Source: Octopus vulgaris (lineage: Eukaryota). From it: a DNA stretch of 64,000 nucleotides. The DNA is taken from the NCBI GenBank assembly GCA_951406725.2, contig OX597817.1, forward strand, positions 10,602,001 to 10,666,000. Direction: 5' to 3'. The notes beneath the pieces were generated by a model that saw only the letters and a list, made by a program, of their open reading frames with translations, had not been told where the DNA came from and made no database searches. Position numbers and translations under genes: made by a program. This document shows positions 47,555-63,112 of the stretch, piece after piece (within the stretch, counting starts at the first letter, position 1; each line of letters begins with the position of its first letter).

Positions 47555-50500
47555 CCCTACATTGTGGAGGAAAATCCGTTACTAGATCTCAAAGTTGTTT
47601 TCTTGCTTACTCTTAAATCAGCTTAAAAATTAGTTATGGTATTTCTCAGAGAGATTTTAATCCTTTGTATGTTTATTTGTGCAACATACGATCTCAAATT
47701 TTTGCTTCAAATTTAGCTAGACGGTCAAACAAATAAATGCAGACAAATATAGAATTTATGAAGTTTCTGATCATAATAAGTGAGGAGGCCTATATCTGTT
47801 GGCAACCTTGGTTATAGATACAAATGTAAGAGAGATAAAAGCATAGATTGAAAAGATTAACACAAGCTTACATACGGAATGTAGAATCAAACACAAGAGG
47901 TGAGAGACAGACGTAGCTTGTTAGCTACGTTATAGATAGCCAAACTGACAGACAAACATAACAATATAAAAATAGACACAGATAGAGAAAGAGATACATA
48001 AATAATTTTTTTATAGGCGAAAATATATATGAGAGAAAGTGGGAAACACACGGGGGCAGGGCGAGAATGAAAGAAAGAGAAATAAACAGTGACAGGCGGA
48101 CAGGTATATTAATTGTGCGACGAGTACAGTCACCTGAAAGATATACAAATGAAAGAAGAAACTGAAATGAGATAATAGTTTCTTACTTAGGCAGAAGGCC
48201 AATTATTAGAGAGGGCGGAGTGAAAAATAGTATAAGTTAAAAACTTGACGATTACAAATAAAACTGCGAGGAAAAGCATTATAAAACAATTTTCTTCTCA
48301 TTTCTTTCAATTTAATAATGTCTTTTCAATGTCGGAAGACTAAAATTACTGCAAAGTAATGGAAATAAACAAGCTTACATTGAAATCTGATAGATACACT
48401 AAAACAACTACCTCTTATCTAACAACAGGTCCGTTGTATACGAAGGAAGTTGGCTTGTATAGTGCAGTAAATACAACAGAAATTAATGAGATTATGAAAT
48501 ACCAGTTACACACCTGTCGTACACTACTATCAGCCTCGCCGTCGTTGTGTCCAAACCTCGCTTCCGCCTCTATAATGACGTAATTATTTCGAAATTTGAG
48601 AAATTTTATCTGTAAAAAACGAAACGGAACAGAACAGATTGTTCCTCTTAACAAGCATCGCTCCCCATATTTGTGTCTGTGTCTGCTTGAGGTAATGATA
48701 GAAGTGATATTGGGAGTGCTTGGCTTGTTAGATTTGATGTTGCAGATAAGGATAGAAGTGCTACTTTCGTTGTTGATGTTGTTGATTAGGGAAACATTAT
48801 TTATTGTTATTAACGGAAATGTTGATCTTACTGGAAACAGTATTTGGTGTTGTTACTAGAAGCATTCTCCACTTGTTTAGTCTAATGAATTAATCCACTG
48901 TGATACAAGAGAAAAAAAAAGCAATTAAGTCAATGAGATCGTGGGACTAATGGGGAGTTGTGATTTTATAAAGATCTCTGTCAAGTAATGGCTGAAGTTC
49001 GTTCCCAGAATGATGACAAAGAACTTTAATGTTAATTGGAGATTATATAACCAATAATAAGTTTATATAACCAATAATTTATATAATTTATATATTATAT
49101 TACCAATAATAAGTTTCAATATATTTCGCTGGGTTTTTTTTTGGTTTTTTTTTTTTCAGTTTTAACGACAGACCGAAAATCTTGTATCCTACATATTAAT
49201 TTCCAATATTATTCTAGAGTGTTTGAACGGTACTTGCCTGAATCTTTTATCCCTACACATACAGGGTGTTAGTTAATTATCTTTACATAGAAACATAGCA
49301 AACAATGATATACTTCTTAAAAGAAAAATTCCAAATATTGAGAACTAATGTGGATATCGAAGGCAGAAATAAAACTGATTCCTTAAAAGAATGAATGCTG
49401 AACAAGAAACTATTGTCAGTGAAGATTTGTAAAACGCTAAGGCTGTTCCTTTGTGAACACCAGATAGAGGAAATATATAATCAAGACCTGCCCCCTCCGC
49501 AATAAAACTAAGAGTCTGAAGTATCTATAGGAACACAATTGTTGCTATGGTCCTACAGAATTACATCATTTAAATGGTATTGATATTCACAGTAAAACAT
49601 TAGTGCGACACTAGTTTATTTCCGTAATTACATTGAAAAACCTCTCAAAGTTGATAGAAGTGTCTGTGTGGTGAGTTTAGTGTGTTGCGCCCCAGCTCTC
49701 ACAAGCAGATTGTAATTTGACCATTATACTTTGGGTTTCATAAAATGGTTTGAACTCCTAAGAAATTCAAGTAATTCATTTCCACTGCCAGTTTCTGAGA
49801 AAGCAATGAACGCAACAACTTTCATGTTTCCTTAACTAAAAAGTTATCTCCTGGCCATATAAAAAAAAAAGCAAATGAATCTTCTGTTACAAAACAGTAA
49901 CATTTGAACTTGGTAGTAATGAGTTACATCCATTTCTCTCGTTGTACTTATTCATAATTGAGCTGATTCAGCATGAGTTGTGGATTTGGGACATAAAGAT
50001 CCTGTAATACCAGTGACTGGATATGATCCTTTTAATGTTTGCCTGTTAAACTGATATCTTATCGATTCTGTCAATTGACCTAAAGAGCAACAATCATTAG
50101 AAAAACGTCGACAACTTCTACCGGTGGGACTTTATTTCGGGAGTTTTATCTATAAGAAAAATTCCATGGAAAATGTTTTCTACATAATAATCGCCAAAAC
50201 ACTACACTCGAAGAGAAAAGGAATTTGGTTTACTTTTAAAATAGTTAAACGGATATTAAATGTTCTTCTCCTTATTACCACATTTTCTATTTTTAACTCT
50301 ACTTGAGATATCCACTCCACCCTCACCGTTCATAACGATGACTCGTTCTGATGCAAGTTCCGGTGAAATATGTTACGGATAAGGCGAACATCTTATTGTG
50401 ACATCCGTTTCTCAGTGACATTCATTCAACGAATTCCTCGATCCCGTACCCACTATGATTTGAATATACTTTATGATCGCTGGTGAGAATTCTAAATAAA

Positions 50501-50667
50501 AGTAGTTCGAAAAGAAGAAATAGAAGTGTCGTGGTGTCATAGTTCTGATATTTTGTAAAGGAAATAGGATCCTGTGACGTTTTACTTTCTTAAATAGAAT
50601 CAGAATGATGAAGTGTTGCTGCTTGATCTCAAGTCAGCTCTGATAGAACAGACATACCATCCTAGAT

Positions 50668-51050
50668 GGGAAGCACTCCGTCGGTTACGACGACGAGGGT
50701 TCCGGTTGATCCGAATCAACGGAACAGCCTGCTCGTGAAATTAACGTGTAAGTGGCTGAGCACTCCACAGACACATGTACCCTTAACGTAGTTCTCGGGG
50801 ATATTCAGCGTGACACAGAGAGTGACAAGGCCGGTCCTTTGAAATACAGGTACAACAGAAACAGGAAGTAAGAGTGAGAGAAAGTTGTGGTGAAAGAGTA
50901 CAGCAGGGATCACCACCATCCCCTGCCGGAGCCTCGTGGAGCTTTAGGTGTTTTCGCTCAATAAACACTCACAACGCCCGGTCTGGGAATCGAAACCGCG
51001 ATCCTATGACCGCGAGTCCGCTGCCCTAACCACTGGGCCATTGCGCCTCC
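50668..51050 (-). mobile_element. SINE C, full length
   Basis: TSD ACCATCCTAGAT. Confidence 0.93.
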
Positions 51051-52039
51051 ACAACCATCCTAGATACGACCATACTGTCTGTTCTTTTAGAACAATGTAT
51101 ACATTTTCCAAAGAAGGTACGGTATCACTTTAGGGAGACTGGGTTGTAGCTGATCAAACGAAGACATAGAATCATCTTCATGCCCGTGTTATGAGTTTCT
51201 CTTGTACGGTTGAACATATTTAATGCAAAGCATCAAAAATCAAAGTAGATATACTAAGGCGGCGAGAAGAGAAAATAAAACTCAAGTAGCTTTACATTAT
51301 TTCTGTCATGTCGACAATTACAGTAAACAAATCCGAACAAGTTTCTATATTATTAAACCTCTACAGCGAAACAGAAACTTCATCTTACTTATCGAAGTAG
51401 TGATAAGGGTATCGTTATGTAGGATTTCAGTTCTGTAATGTCAGTAAGCGTGGGGGGTTGGTATATTTAGAAAACCAAAACAACCGTTTTATATGGTTGA
51501 CATCTCATACTTTCGATGTTTTTAGAGTAGGGTGTTTAAGATATAAATTATTTTTATTCGTACAAGAGATAGAATAGCAAGTAAAAGGGAAGGCTTGGCG
51601 GGGAAATCAGCAGGCGTTATGGCAAAGAACGTGCCATAAGCGAATGCGAAAATTCTTATTATTGACATTGCGACAGCATAATGTTTAGTGACAATAATTA
51701 GCGTTATAAATGAAAGGAAATGGCCCCAACTGAGAATAAGAACTTGATAATAGATTCAGTTTACCAAGAACTTACTGTAACATTACATCGTAGAACTACA
51801 TTACTGAAACATGTGGCCTCTATTAGGATGGGAGTTGATTTATTCTGTCAGGAAACTGCAGTACTTTGCCAGCAATTAAGTTATCGTGTCTCTATCAAGT
51901 GCGGTTTGAACTCATCATTTTTTAAAAATTATGTATATATAAGAATAAATACCGCATAACTTTTTTTATTTGATATCCCATCCAAGAAGTAGAGATAGAA
52001 TATTTCTTTGACAAGACACAAAGCCCTCTTGTGCGTGTG

Positions 52040-52180
<141 letters not shown>

Positions 52181-52785
52181 AGTGTGTATAGTCAATTGAT
52201 TAGATTCTCATATTTAACAAGTACTTATTTCATCAAGCACAGTAGTAGAAACACAAAGTTGATTCCAGCGTGAATTTCTTACAAAATCTTCCTCTTTTTT
52301 TTTTTATTTGTCTTTAGTTATGATTCAATTTATTAAAACTTTAGTTCCACTCACCGGTTGGCCTCAGAATTGTCAAATTATTTTTGTTTTATTGTATTTT
52401 CTCTGCGTTAGAAACAAAAATGCTTTCTTATTTCTTTTCCGATCTTTCATGCCCTGTCGGAAAAGTTAATCACGACCCTTCTTGACATCACTCTCATAAT
52501 TTCTTTGCTAGTTAAAAATAAAGAGAGCAACGACCAGGGGCCATTTATCAGTCGCACCTAGAAATATGACAAGACCACATGCTTAACTTTCGGTTTCTAA
52601 CTAAAGCTATGGGCAGGTACGGCCAGCTACCATCAAAACTATTACAAATAGTCCGCCTGTCACACACCTAATTACTGTGAATAGCCACTTCACTTCTTGC
52701 ACCTAATGTATTCAATTGGCAGAATCATTTGAGCGTCGGACTCTTGCTTTTCAGTATTGCTCTAGCATCGATATATTTATCAATG

Positions 52786-52854
<69 letters not shown>

Positions 52855-52866
52855 TGATAGATAGAT

Positions 52867-53249
52867 GGAGGTGCAATGGCCCAGTAGTTAGGGCAGCGGA
52901 CTCGTGGTCGTAGGATCGTGGTTTCGATTCCCAGACCGGGCGTTGTGAGTGTTTATTGAGCGAAAACACCTAAAAGCTCCACGAGGCTCCGGCAGGGGAT
53001 GGTGGTGATCCCTGCTGTACTCTTTCACCACAACTTTCTCTCACTCTTACTTCCTGTTTCTGTTGTACCTGTATTTCAAAGGGCCGGCCTTTTTACTCTC
53101 TGTGTCACGCTGAATATCCCCGAGAACTGCATTAAGGGTACACGTGTCTGTGGAGTGCTCAGCCACTTACACGTTAATTTCACGAACAGGCTGTTCCGTT
53201 GATTGGTTCAACCGGAACCCTCGTCGTCGTAACCGACGGAGTGCTTCCA
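52867..53249 (+). mobile_element. SINE C after (GATA)n, within a cluster of old SINE B remnants (~52715-54040)
   Basis: Matches the family consensus. Confidence 0.9.
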
Positions 53250-54889
53250 GCTTTTTACGTTCTGAATTTCAATCTCCCCAAGGTCAGCCTTATTTTTCAT
53301 TCTTTCGGAAAATGAGGGTCAATAAAGTAAAGTAGCAGTCAAATACTGGGTTCGATTTAATCGACGAACCTTCTCCTCATAAAACTGCTGGCTTTGCACC
53401 TAAATTAGAAACTATTTATTTATAAGGTGGTGGGAAGTGCAGAATCGTTAGATCGTCAGGCGAATACCTTGTGGTATTCGTCCAAGCTCTTTACGTTCTG
53501 AGTTCAAATTCTTCCGAGGTCAACTTCGCCTTTCATCCTTTCGAGGCCGATAGAATAAAGTATCAGTCAAGTCAAGGGATCACAACCCTCAAACTTGTAA
53601 CCTTGTGATTATATTAAAAACCCTTTAGATTCAAATCCCTGGTTTGATTTGATTTTCATCCTTCCAGGGTCTATAATATAAAGTACTCATCCAGTACAGG
53701 TGTCGATACAATCGTCTGCTCCTTCCCCACCGCAAATTTCCGGCCTTCTCTATATGTAAGAAATCATTAATATTTATTTATTCCTCATACAATCGCGATT
53801 AAATAGTGTTAATTGTTTAACCTTTCGGTGACCAGAGGTGCTCAGCAAGAAGTGAATAACCATATTGATTTCTTTAGGGAAGAGAATAATCGGTTATATC
53901 GATCGACCCAGTACTTGAGGATACTTTATTTTATTAACCCGGGAAGGATAAATGAAAAAGTCGATCCTCAGTTAAACTATCAGGGCTATTACTATATACT
54001 GTAAGGCATTTTGTCTGACACAGTTGTACCAATCCACCATAGCCGCCGCCGCCACCGCCACCACCACCACCACCACCACCACCACATAATCGGATACTGC
54101 AGAGTATTTTAGTCCGGCAGTCTTATATTTTCTGTCGCTCTATCACACTGTGACTCATAAAAAGTGACTATCGTGTCTTAGCAAGACATAAATCCACGCA
54201 AGTTGTTGTTTACCCCCAGGTCAGCCATGGTTGAGCAAACTTACGATCAAGAGCATTGACCATACAGTCTTGTTTGAGGGAGCAGAAAACCCAGGACCGC
54301 TTTAGCCAACGAGCTCTGGTTCAAGAACAAGAGATGGTTTGAAAGAGATATAGCAGCCATTTCTATCAGATCAAATGATCGCGTAAAACAGTGGTTTCTT
54401 ACCTTGCACACTTACCCTTTATATTTTAATGGCAGTGCCCTTGGAAATTCCACAGTAAATACGAAATTTTGTATATGGTTGAAAGTTTATATAGAACCCT
54501 AAAAGTTAGTTTCTTTTGAAATTGTATATTCTGCCTTATTTTCATTTCAAAATAAATTTCAGTATTTCTGGATAAGACTGTAATTGAGAGAGCATTACTT
54601 TCCCATTCTCTCTGCCGTTCAGCGGTTCATAAAAAATCTTAAATTATAAATCTAAGATCATTGTAACAATGATTACAGGAAATATTCATGTTACTAACGC
54701 TGTAAATTTCAGGCATATGTTTACATTTTTTTGTTGTTGTTGTTGGGTTTATGAATTATGCTCAAGGTGGCTTCGTCATTCATACGTGCCATCCTTGCTA
54801 CATTCACCCATCATTTTTTGAAACATTCGCTAGACAAAACTTGCCTCTCTACTCTTACTTTCCTGTTCAAGTGATACTTGAAGAAGTTG

Positions 54890-55500
<611 letters not shown>

Positions 55501-55936
55501 AAAAATTGAATATTAAAATGTTATTTTTTTTTTGACAGTTACATTTCATTTGCACATTCAGTCAGGTGGCAGGGAGATATATAGGTCACACGAACCAGGA
55601 AACCAGCCTTATGAGTCCATACGACTCGAGAACAATCTTTATCCCGCCATTCTTTTAATAGCTCCTACGTTGTGGCAACCACTACCTGATGTGGAACTGA
55701 AGTCAGAAAATTAGCTAGCTTGATGAAACATTATTTCTCCATTAATTTCCAGCCCAACAGAAACCGGATAAATCATTCAGGAAGAAAAAAGATAAAAGAA
55801 ACATATATACACATATACACACATAAGCGCAAGAGAAAGATCTTGTTTTCTTTATATAAAAAAAAATGCCATCTTGTGTTTTATTTATTTATATATTTGT
55901 TTTATTTTCTATTACACATTATTATTGTTGTTGTTG

Positions 55937-56010
<74 letters not shown>

Positions 56011-56166
56011 GAAGATTACCACCAAATATGGCCGTTACTAGGTGGCGTATGCGTATGATAAGATAAATGTGTCTCGGAGGTACAATTATTGTTTATTTCT
56101 ATTCCACTAAAGTTAAATGTTTACAGACACACTTAAGATGCCCTCCTCTTTCTCTCTTTCCCCTCA

Positions 56167-56225
<59 letters not shown>

Positions 56226-56906
56226 TCACACACTCACGCGAACGTGTGTTAGAGTATAAATATATAATATATAATATAATATGTAATATACATATATATA
56301 TAGTATTTAATATATGTATATACAGATGTGCTATATATTCTATATATACCATATAAGCGTGCGCACACACACACACACACACATACACACACATAAATAT
56401 ATATACACATACATAAACACACAATTGCGTGTGTGGCGTATGCATCATATATATAAACACACTTTCTTGGGCAGGAGCCAATAATTTCAGGCGCTACATT
56501 TCAATAAGACAAATCATATGTATGTGTAAATACTGACATAAATGCATTTACATATATAAGTTCTCTCTCTCTCTTTCTCTCTCTCTCTCCTCTTCCCTCC
56601 TCTCTCTCCCCCTGTCTATCTCTCTCTCTCTCTCTCTCAAATTCGCGCGCGACTTGTATAAACAGTGGCACACAGACTTTTCTTATACTGATTAGCGTAA
56701 ACATATTCATATATACACATATGCACACAAATGTGAACTCACACACACACACACATACGCACTTACACATGAACTTCAATGTGTGTGAGTTTGTGTATGT
56801 GTCTGTGTGTGTGTGCATGCGTATACGTTTGTATGTATATAGCTATCTATCTATCTATCTCTATTTTTCTATATATATGTACATATACATACATTCATAC
56901 ACACAC

Positions 56907-57000
<94 letters not shown>

Positions 57001-57004
57001 GTGA

Positions 57005-57235
57005 AGACGGCAAGCTGGCAGAATCGTTAGCGCGCCGGGCGAAATGCTTAGCGGTATTTCGTCTGTCGTTACGTTCTGGGTTCAAATTCCGCCGAGGTCG
57101 ACTTTGCCTTTCATCCTTTCGGGGTCGATAAATAAAGTACCAGTTTCGCACTGGGGTCGATGTAATCGACTTAATCCCTTTGTCTGTCCTTGTTTGTCCC
57201 CTCTGTGTTTAGCCCTTTGTGGGCAGTAAAGAAAT
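57005..57235 (+). mobile_element. Tx1-tailed SINE B
   Basis: Ends GCCCTTTGTGGGCAGTAAAGAAAT. Confidence 0.9.
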
Positions 57236-57325
57236 ATATATATATATTTTAGTATGTGACCTCGTGAATACCACCGGCGATTTCTTTCCTCTGTCCTCCC
57301 GTCTCGGGATCTTTCCTTCTCCTAT

Positions 57326-57360
57326 GTTTCCGACGAAGAGCTCCGCTCGAAACGTCAAAC
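57326..57360 (+). ncRNA. Minimal hammerhead motif (GUC triplet) in a Penelope-like short element (~57250-57455)
   Basis: GTTT-CCGACGA-A-GAGC-TCC-GCTC-GAAAC-GTC-AAAC. Confidence 0.65.
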
Positions 57361-57452
57361 CCTCCTTCTTCCCTTCTTTCCTGAGCGTCCAATAATACTT
57401 TATTTGTTCCACATCCTTGCGCTGTTGTCTTTTTGTTTTCTTGTTTGGATTA

Positions 57453-57496
<44 letters not shown>

Positions 57497-57498
<2 letters not shown>

Positions 57499-58030
57499 AA
57501 AATAGTAAAGTGTAAAAAAACGACAGAAGGCTTAAATGTTAAAAAATATATATATTTGTGTCAAAATGTCTGGAGAATATTGGAAAAATTTTTTTCCCTT
57601 TCCTTAAAATGACATAATTTTAAAATTTTTAAAGAAATTACCGGTTTCGCGTGTAGCTTTTCAAATTTCTTGTGACGTTATGTTTATATTGCATGGAATT
57701 ATCGTTGTTTTTATTTCCAGGAGATTTCTAAATAAGGGGAGGTAGTGAGTGATTTTTTCCGGTGTAGGGGAGATAATCGCTTAAAAATTTTTTTTCCCTT
57801 TTCCTTGTTAATTTCTCTGTGTCAGTATGTTCGGATGGTTGAGTCTGGGTTTGTACTTTTCAATGAAGAATGTTTCCTTGTTCAGTCTCATTTGTGTTGA
57901 TGATCCGAAAGCACATTGGTAAAATGGGAAGATTAAAAATTGTGGCAGTAGTTGCTTTGCGCATTTCTCAATGTGCTCACTAAAAGGTATCATTCTATAT
58001 TCTGGGAATGCAATCTGTTGTCGATGCATA
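57497..58030 (-). mobile_element. Penelope-like element 3' remnant: GIY-YIG C-terminus plus terminal repeat with a degenerate hammerhead (57632-57671)
   Basis: HRQQIAFPEYRMIPFSEHIEKC...FLIFPFYQ...RLNKETFFIEKYKPRLN; AAGAAAT-TTGAAAA-GCTACACGC-GAAA-CCGG-TA-ATTTCTT. Confidence 0.72.
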
Positions 58031-58099
58031 TATATATATGAAAATTCATTATATTTTCCGGATATTATTGAAGAACTGCCGTTCTTTGAATTCTAAGCC

Positions 58100-59075
58100 A
58101 TTGCAGTGTCTAAGTCCTAAATCAAATGAAATAGTAGACCTTTTGGCGTTTTGCTGTGCCAACCAATTCGGGATTTCCCCACAGCTACCAGTGCCAAGTT
58201 ATTTTTACCAGACCATTAGAGGGCTTCAAAAATATATATTACTGCTTCGTTTCAGACATTAAAGTCTTAATGGTTGAACTTCTACGAGTAGATCAGCTGA
58301 TACATGGAGACAATTTTCTTCGTGTAGGGCATTTATTTAGATCGCATCAGCTTCTGTAGTGAGCCTGACACACTGAAGTCACCATAGATCGGAGCAATAA
58401 ATGCTACCGGCTAGAAACAGGTGTCTATGCTGTGATCTTAGTCTCAACCGCTTGAATTTGATGTCTCATTACTCATGATTCCAAAGTCGTGCACAAATTC
58501 TGAAGGTGGGATTACAATATTTCCTAGCGTATTGCAACCAGATTGTACAATAAATTTTTAGCAGATTTTTAAAAACTTTCCTGCATAGAATTTCGTGTTT
58601 ACTCATTAACCTACCTACATATAACATTGAGCTCTTATTTGTAGCTTGTTGATATCATCAGAATTCATTAGTTTTGAGATTTTGATATCATTACCAAAAA
58701 TCTAGCGAGAATTGCTGTTCTAATAGTTGTGTTTGTAACAGCTATTACAAACACTAACCTTCCGAAAATACTCAGAATTGTTCGCTTTTCCCTAAAGTAT
58801 CACTGAAATGCAACAACTTGTTTTCTGGCTTCAATATATTATAAATTGATTTCATTTTCTTTTTACCAACGGGAAGATGTTGCTGCTTTTATATAGATTT
58901 GATTCATGGTCGCGAGTTCCCTCGGCAGAACTTCAGATTTGAAAAATTCATCTGGCTGTCCATTTGTATATTCACAAGTGGAGTAGTAAAATAATACTTC
59001 AATTGCACATTCAATATTTCACTTAATTTTTGAGGATCTAAAGTAATATATTTCCTGAGTATTAACATAATAATC

Positions 59076-59121
<46 letters not shown>

Positions 59122-60000
59122 TCATAGCATTGTTTTTTGTTTCCTTCGGTCCTTGTATTCGCGGATGCATTTTAATGGTCTCAGTTCTAAGAGAACCATT
59201 ATATGGGATTTTTCCTTGTCAATTGTTTTACCTCCTCAATTAAGTGACTGAGAATTATGTTCTTTGTCTCATGAGAATTTTTTAGTCGCTGAGAATTATA
59301 TAGTTTTTGTGAACACTGGCCTTCCTCTCTGAGGCATATTTGATGAAAATAGCATATTGCGTGCATTGTTGACATAAATAGCTTCAGTTTCATATTGTTT
59401 TACAGAGAAAATATATCGAGCCAGTGTAGCTTGCAGATCTCTTTAGTAATCCAGTAGTGTACATGCATGTCAGCAAAAGCAAAGAGCTGAGCTAGCAAAG
59501 TTCTTCAATTTACAACTTCTATTGGCATAAAAGAAATTGATGAAAAAGCTACCATAGCTAACGGGTATCTGAACTCAGCAGCTGGCCTTGGTGGCTTCCA
59601 AACAATTATCCTAAAAACATGAAAAATAACACCCTAACCAAATCATTTAAGATATTTTTCCAAGTATCTCTTTAAAGTGGTAGGCTCATTAAAAAGCTGA
59701 TGAAATATATATGCATTGTCCATAAGTGATGTTGTAGAGAAAATGCTAAAAATTGTCAACATTTTCCTCAGAACTCGAATATCAGTAAGATCGTGGAATG
59801 ATATGCCAAGTAATATCTACAGTGGTTTCAACTCTAGCAAAAACTACATCATGCAGCCACTATATCATTAGGACTGGGCGTTAAATAGGTTGCTCCGCCT
59901 GGACTCTGAAAGAAGGCTTCAGACAAAGTTATGCGATTTTGGCATAAGGAAAAACTAAGAGTGTGGCTGCATGACTTCATAAAGAACAGAAGTCAATTTG
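58100..60000. mobile_element. Heavily decayed CR1-like RT remnants on both strands
   Basis: Minus: RFFGNDIKISK (FADDTKI-like), IPPSEFVHDFGI. Plus at ~59520-59680: NSAAGLGGFQTIILK...KIFFQVSL. Confidence 0.45.
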
Positions 60001-63000
60001 TTGCAGCAATCATGGCCTTATAAGTAAAATGAAAAACCGAATGCAGCGTGCCTCAGTGTACTATCACTTGATTTACTGCCTGTGGATATGACCGTCGTTA
60101 TCAGGATATGAGTACAGTCAACCTTACTATATAAATTAGTGATAGTAAGTATCAAAGTAATCTGTGATTCTTACAATCACTAGAGTCCCGATTATAACAA
60201 AAATTCTACACAAGAGCATTGATGCTACAAACAAGTTACTAGAAAAAAACAAACAATATTGAAATACTGAAATAACAATACTATGTGTATGTAGGTTGCA
60301 AGGCTGAAAATAGAGTGTGTAACATTACACAGTCTATTTTCAATCTTGCAACTTGCATGCACAGACCTCAAAACGATTACAATGCGAAACTCGAATCTGT
60401 GTTGCATCTGGGAATTACTACAAATAATGCCGTATCATAAAATGATGTACAAACGCTGAGCGGGATGGAACCTGAGTCCACCGAGCACCAGAACAATGAA
60501 GGTCATACTTTCTCTGGTAAAAAAAAAACATTTGCTCCCAGTCACCTGGATTATTGCTCCTCGCTGCATTCACCTAATGGTACCAAGCTCACTATATGAA
60601 TTATAAGCAATCCCAAAAGTCCTGTGCGCGCGAAAACATTTTAGATTACTTCTTGTAACGAAGACGCGAAAGAAATTCAATAATTGTAGGGGGTCTAGCA
60701 TCGAACTTATGCATTCATCGTTGTATCAGAATCTTGGCCATAAGATATGTCTATGCCGCCAGCCTCTCTTCTTCTAGTAAGGACTAAGTATTGCAGTAAA
60801 TCTGAATTTCAAAGAATCACAGACATTTAATATCCAACCACAAAGTATAAATGACGTGTATTCATGCAGCTTAAAGTTTTCACTGTGTAATTCTATATTG
60901 CGTCAGGAAATGCAAATGAAGGCGGAAGCATCATGAAACCTCAAACAGAAAATACCATTCGTAAAGCACTGCATTACATATGATCGCAGTCCAAAGGATG
61001 AAGTTGTTAAAGAAAAAAAAAAAACATACATTTACTATCATACACATTTGCACGTGCGCACATGTCTATTTATATTTCTATGTCCTAAATCTATATTCTC
61101 CTGGAGGGATATCCCTGCAGGAAATGTGATTTATTGTTCTCTCTCTTCCTTGTAAAATGAAGGTATATCGAATGTCTTCCTCTGTATCTATTTTTAACAA
61201 ATTTTGATAAAAGTAATTTAGCTTTTATCCCCTCTCTAATCATTGGCAGACAATTTCAAAATTCCACTTCTCATCAGTGTGACGTATTCAAGAGGTTTTA
61301 AGTACATAAAGCTACTTGAACACATTTATTGAAGTAGATGAGTATTTAAAAGAAATATATTTCTAAAAGTTGATAAAAGTCCTGTTTCATTTAAAATTTT
61401 TCTGCCAAGTTTTTCCAACTCCAAAACAGACCATCTTCCGATTGCTACGATGCTGCATGGAAATACGTAAAAATAGGTTAATTCTAGCCACACTAGCCAT
61501 ATATACTAGTTATGTGTGGGACAGAGAGAAACATAGGTCTCCTACATACCTCTATACACGGAATCCCCGTAAATGCTGTCTATCGAGAGCTCACATTCAT
61601 GACCATTATCATGCAGCATGAGGGATTTCAATTCTTAGTTTGATTAGAATTTTCAGCCCAATATACAAGTGGACTCGTGGACTAGTGGTTAGGGTGTTAC
61701 GCTCACAGTCGTAAAGTTGTGTTTCATTTTCTGAACCGAACGGTGCGATGTGTTCATGTGGCTCCAACTCACTCAGTTATAAATTAATTTCAGTAATAGC
61801 TGGGAATTCAAGTCTGCGACAGACCGGTGTCCTGTTCAGTGGGAATTATTGTAACCTTAGTCGTTTATATGCTATGTGAACCGATTCAAGTACCGACCTT
61901 ATGAATGGTAGGACTCACGTTAGACTTAAGTCTATACGAGTATTTTTCCTGACTATTCTGTATTCTTTGCAATAGAAAGTATTCTTAGTAGAAATGATAT
62001 GCTTTTATCTCCTTTCTTCATAGAATTATATATATATATATAAAAAAAAAGATATTTCTTTCCTGTATCTGTTTTCAATAATTGCTGATAATTTTATTTT
62101 ATTTTTTAATTTAACAATAATCCTGTATACAAGTCTGCAGACAGGCTTTTCTGGAAATTCCATTTTCTTATCTATGTAACTTGTTCCAAAAAATTAAGTA
62201 GAAATATACTTGAAAAAGTTTATGAAGTAGATAATGACGCTTGCAAAGATTAATGAATTTCCTTTTATCATACACACGGATACATGTACATATATGCACA
62301 TGCATGGAACCACACACACACACACACGTACACATATGCACATGCATACAATCACGCATACACACACACACACGCACACACACACGCAAGCATATACACG
62401 CTCACACACAGGTGCGATCAGGCACAGGGATGGGATGCATTCTTGTCTGCCTCCTGTCAGAGCTTGTTTCTCCGCGTTCACCAACTCAACTTGTCTAGGC
62501 TTAGTAGCCCCTCCTGTTTGTTTTCACTGTCTTGTTTTTGTTACCAGCTTTGACCCTCCGCAAAATCCCAAATTTTATTTAATTTGCTTTGCGGGAGCAA
62601 CTGTTATATCGAAAACGTATCTTGTTGTGAATTGCTCGAAATACGAAGCAGGAAAACAGCCAACAACTGATGAAGAGTCGTTCTTTCATATTACTTGTCT
62701 TGTTTTCAAATTGTTTCCTTCATTGTTCGCAAAAAAGTTAGTATTCCATATTTTCGTTTGGCAAATTATTTTATTTGCTATTTATTTGCAATTTATTTGC
62801 AAATTATTTTATTTGCTAAAATAGTCTGAAACCATGGTCCAGGAATTAGATGGTAAATGTTTTTTTTTTTTTCATTTCCTTCTAGATTTTATCTCTAATT
62901 AGTGGTTTCAACTTTAGCTGTTCCTTCTAGCATAAGGGAGTCCTATGACGGATACCTCTTAATGTGTTTAAATGTACACTGTATTCTATATTTAATAATT

Positions 63001-63072
63001 ATAGTCTATTGACTAATTTTTCTATACGCTAGGTCACTGGTAGTAAACATTTCTAAAATCTTTATTACCCTG

Positions 63073-63110
<38 letters not shown>

Positions 63111-63112
<2 letters not shown>

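Noticed and set aside
52867-52940. tRNA-like sequences at SINE C, D, A and B heads
   Set aside because: They continue into SINE bodies with tails and TSDs and lack a proper acceptor stem, so they are not tRNA genes.
60365-60516. Possible plus-strand exon (CACAG| ... CTG|GTAAAA)
   Set aside because: Weak donor, no supporting homology, and opposite strand to the other candidates.
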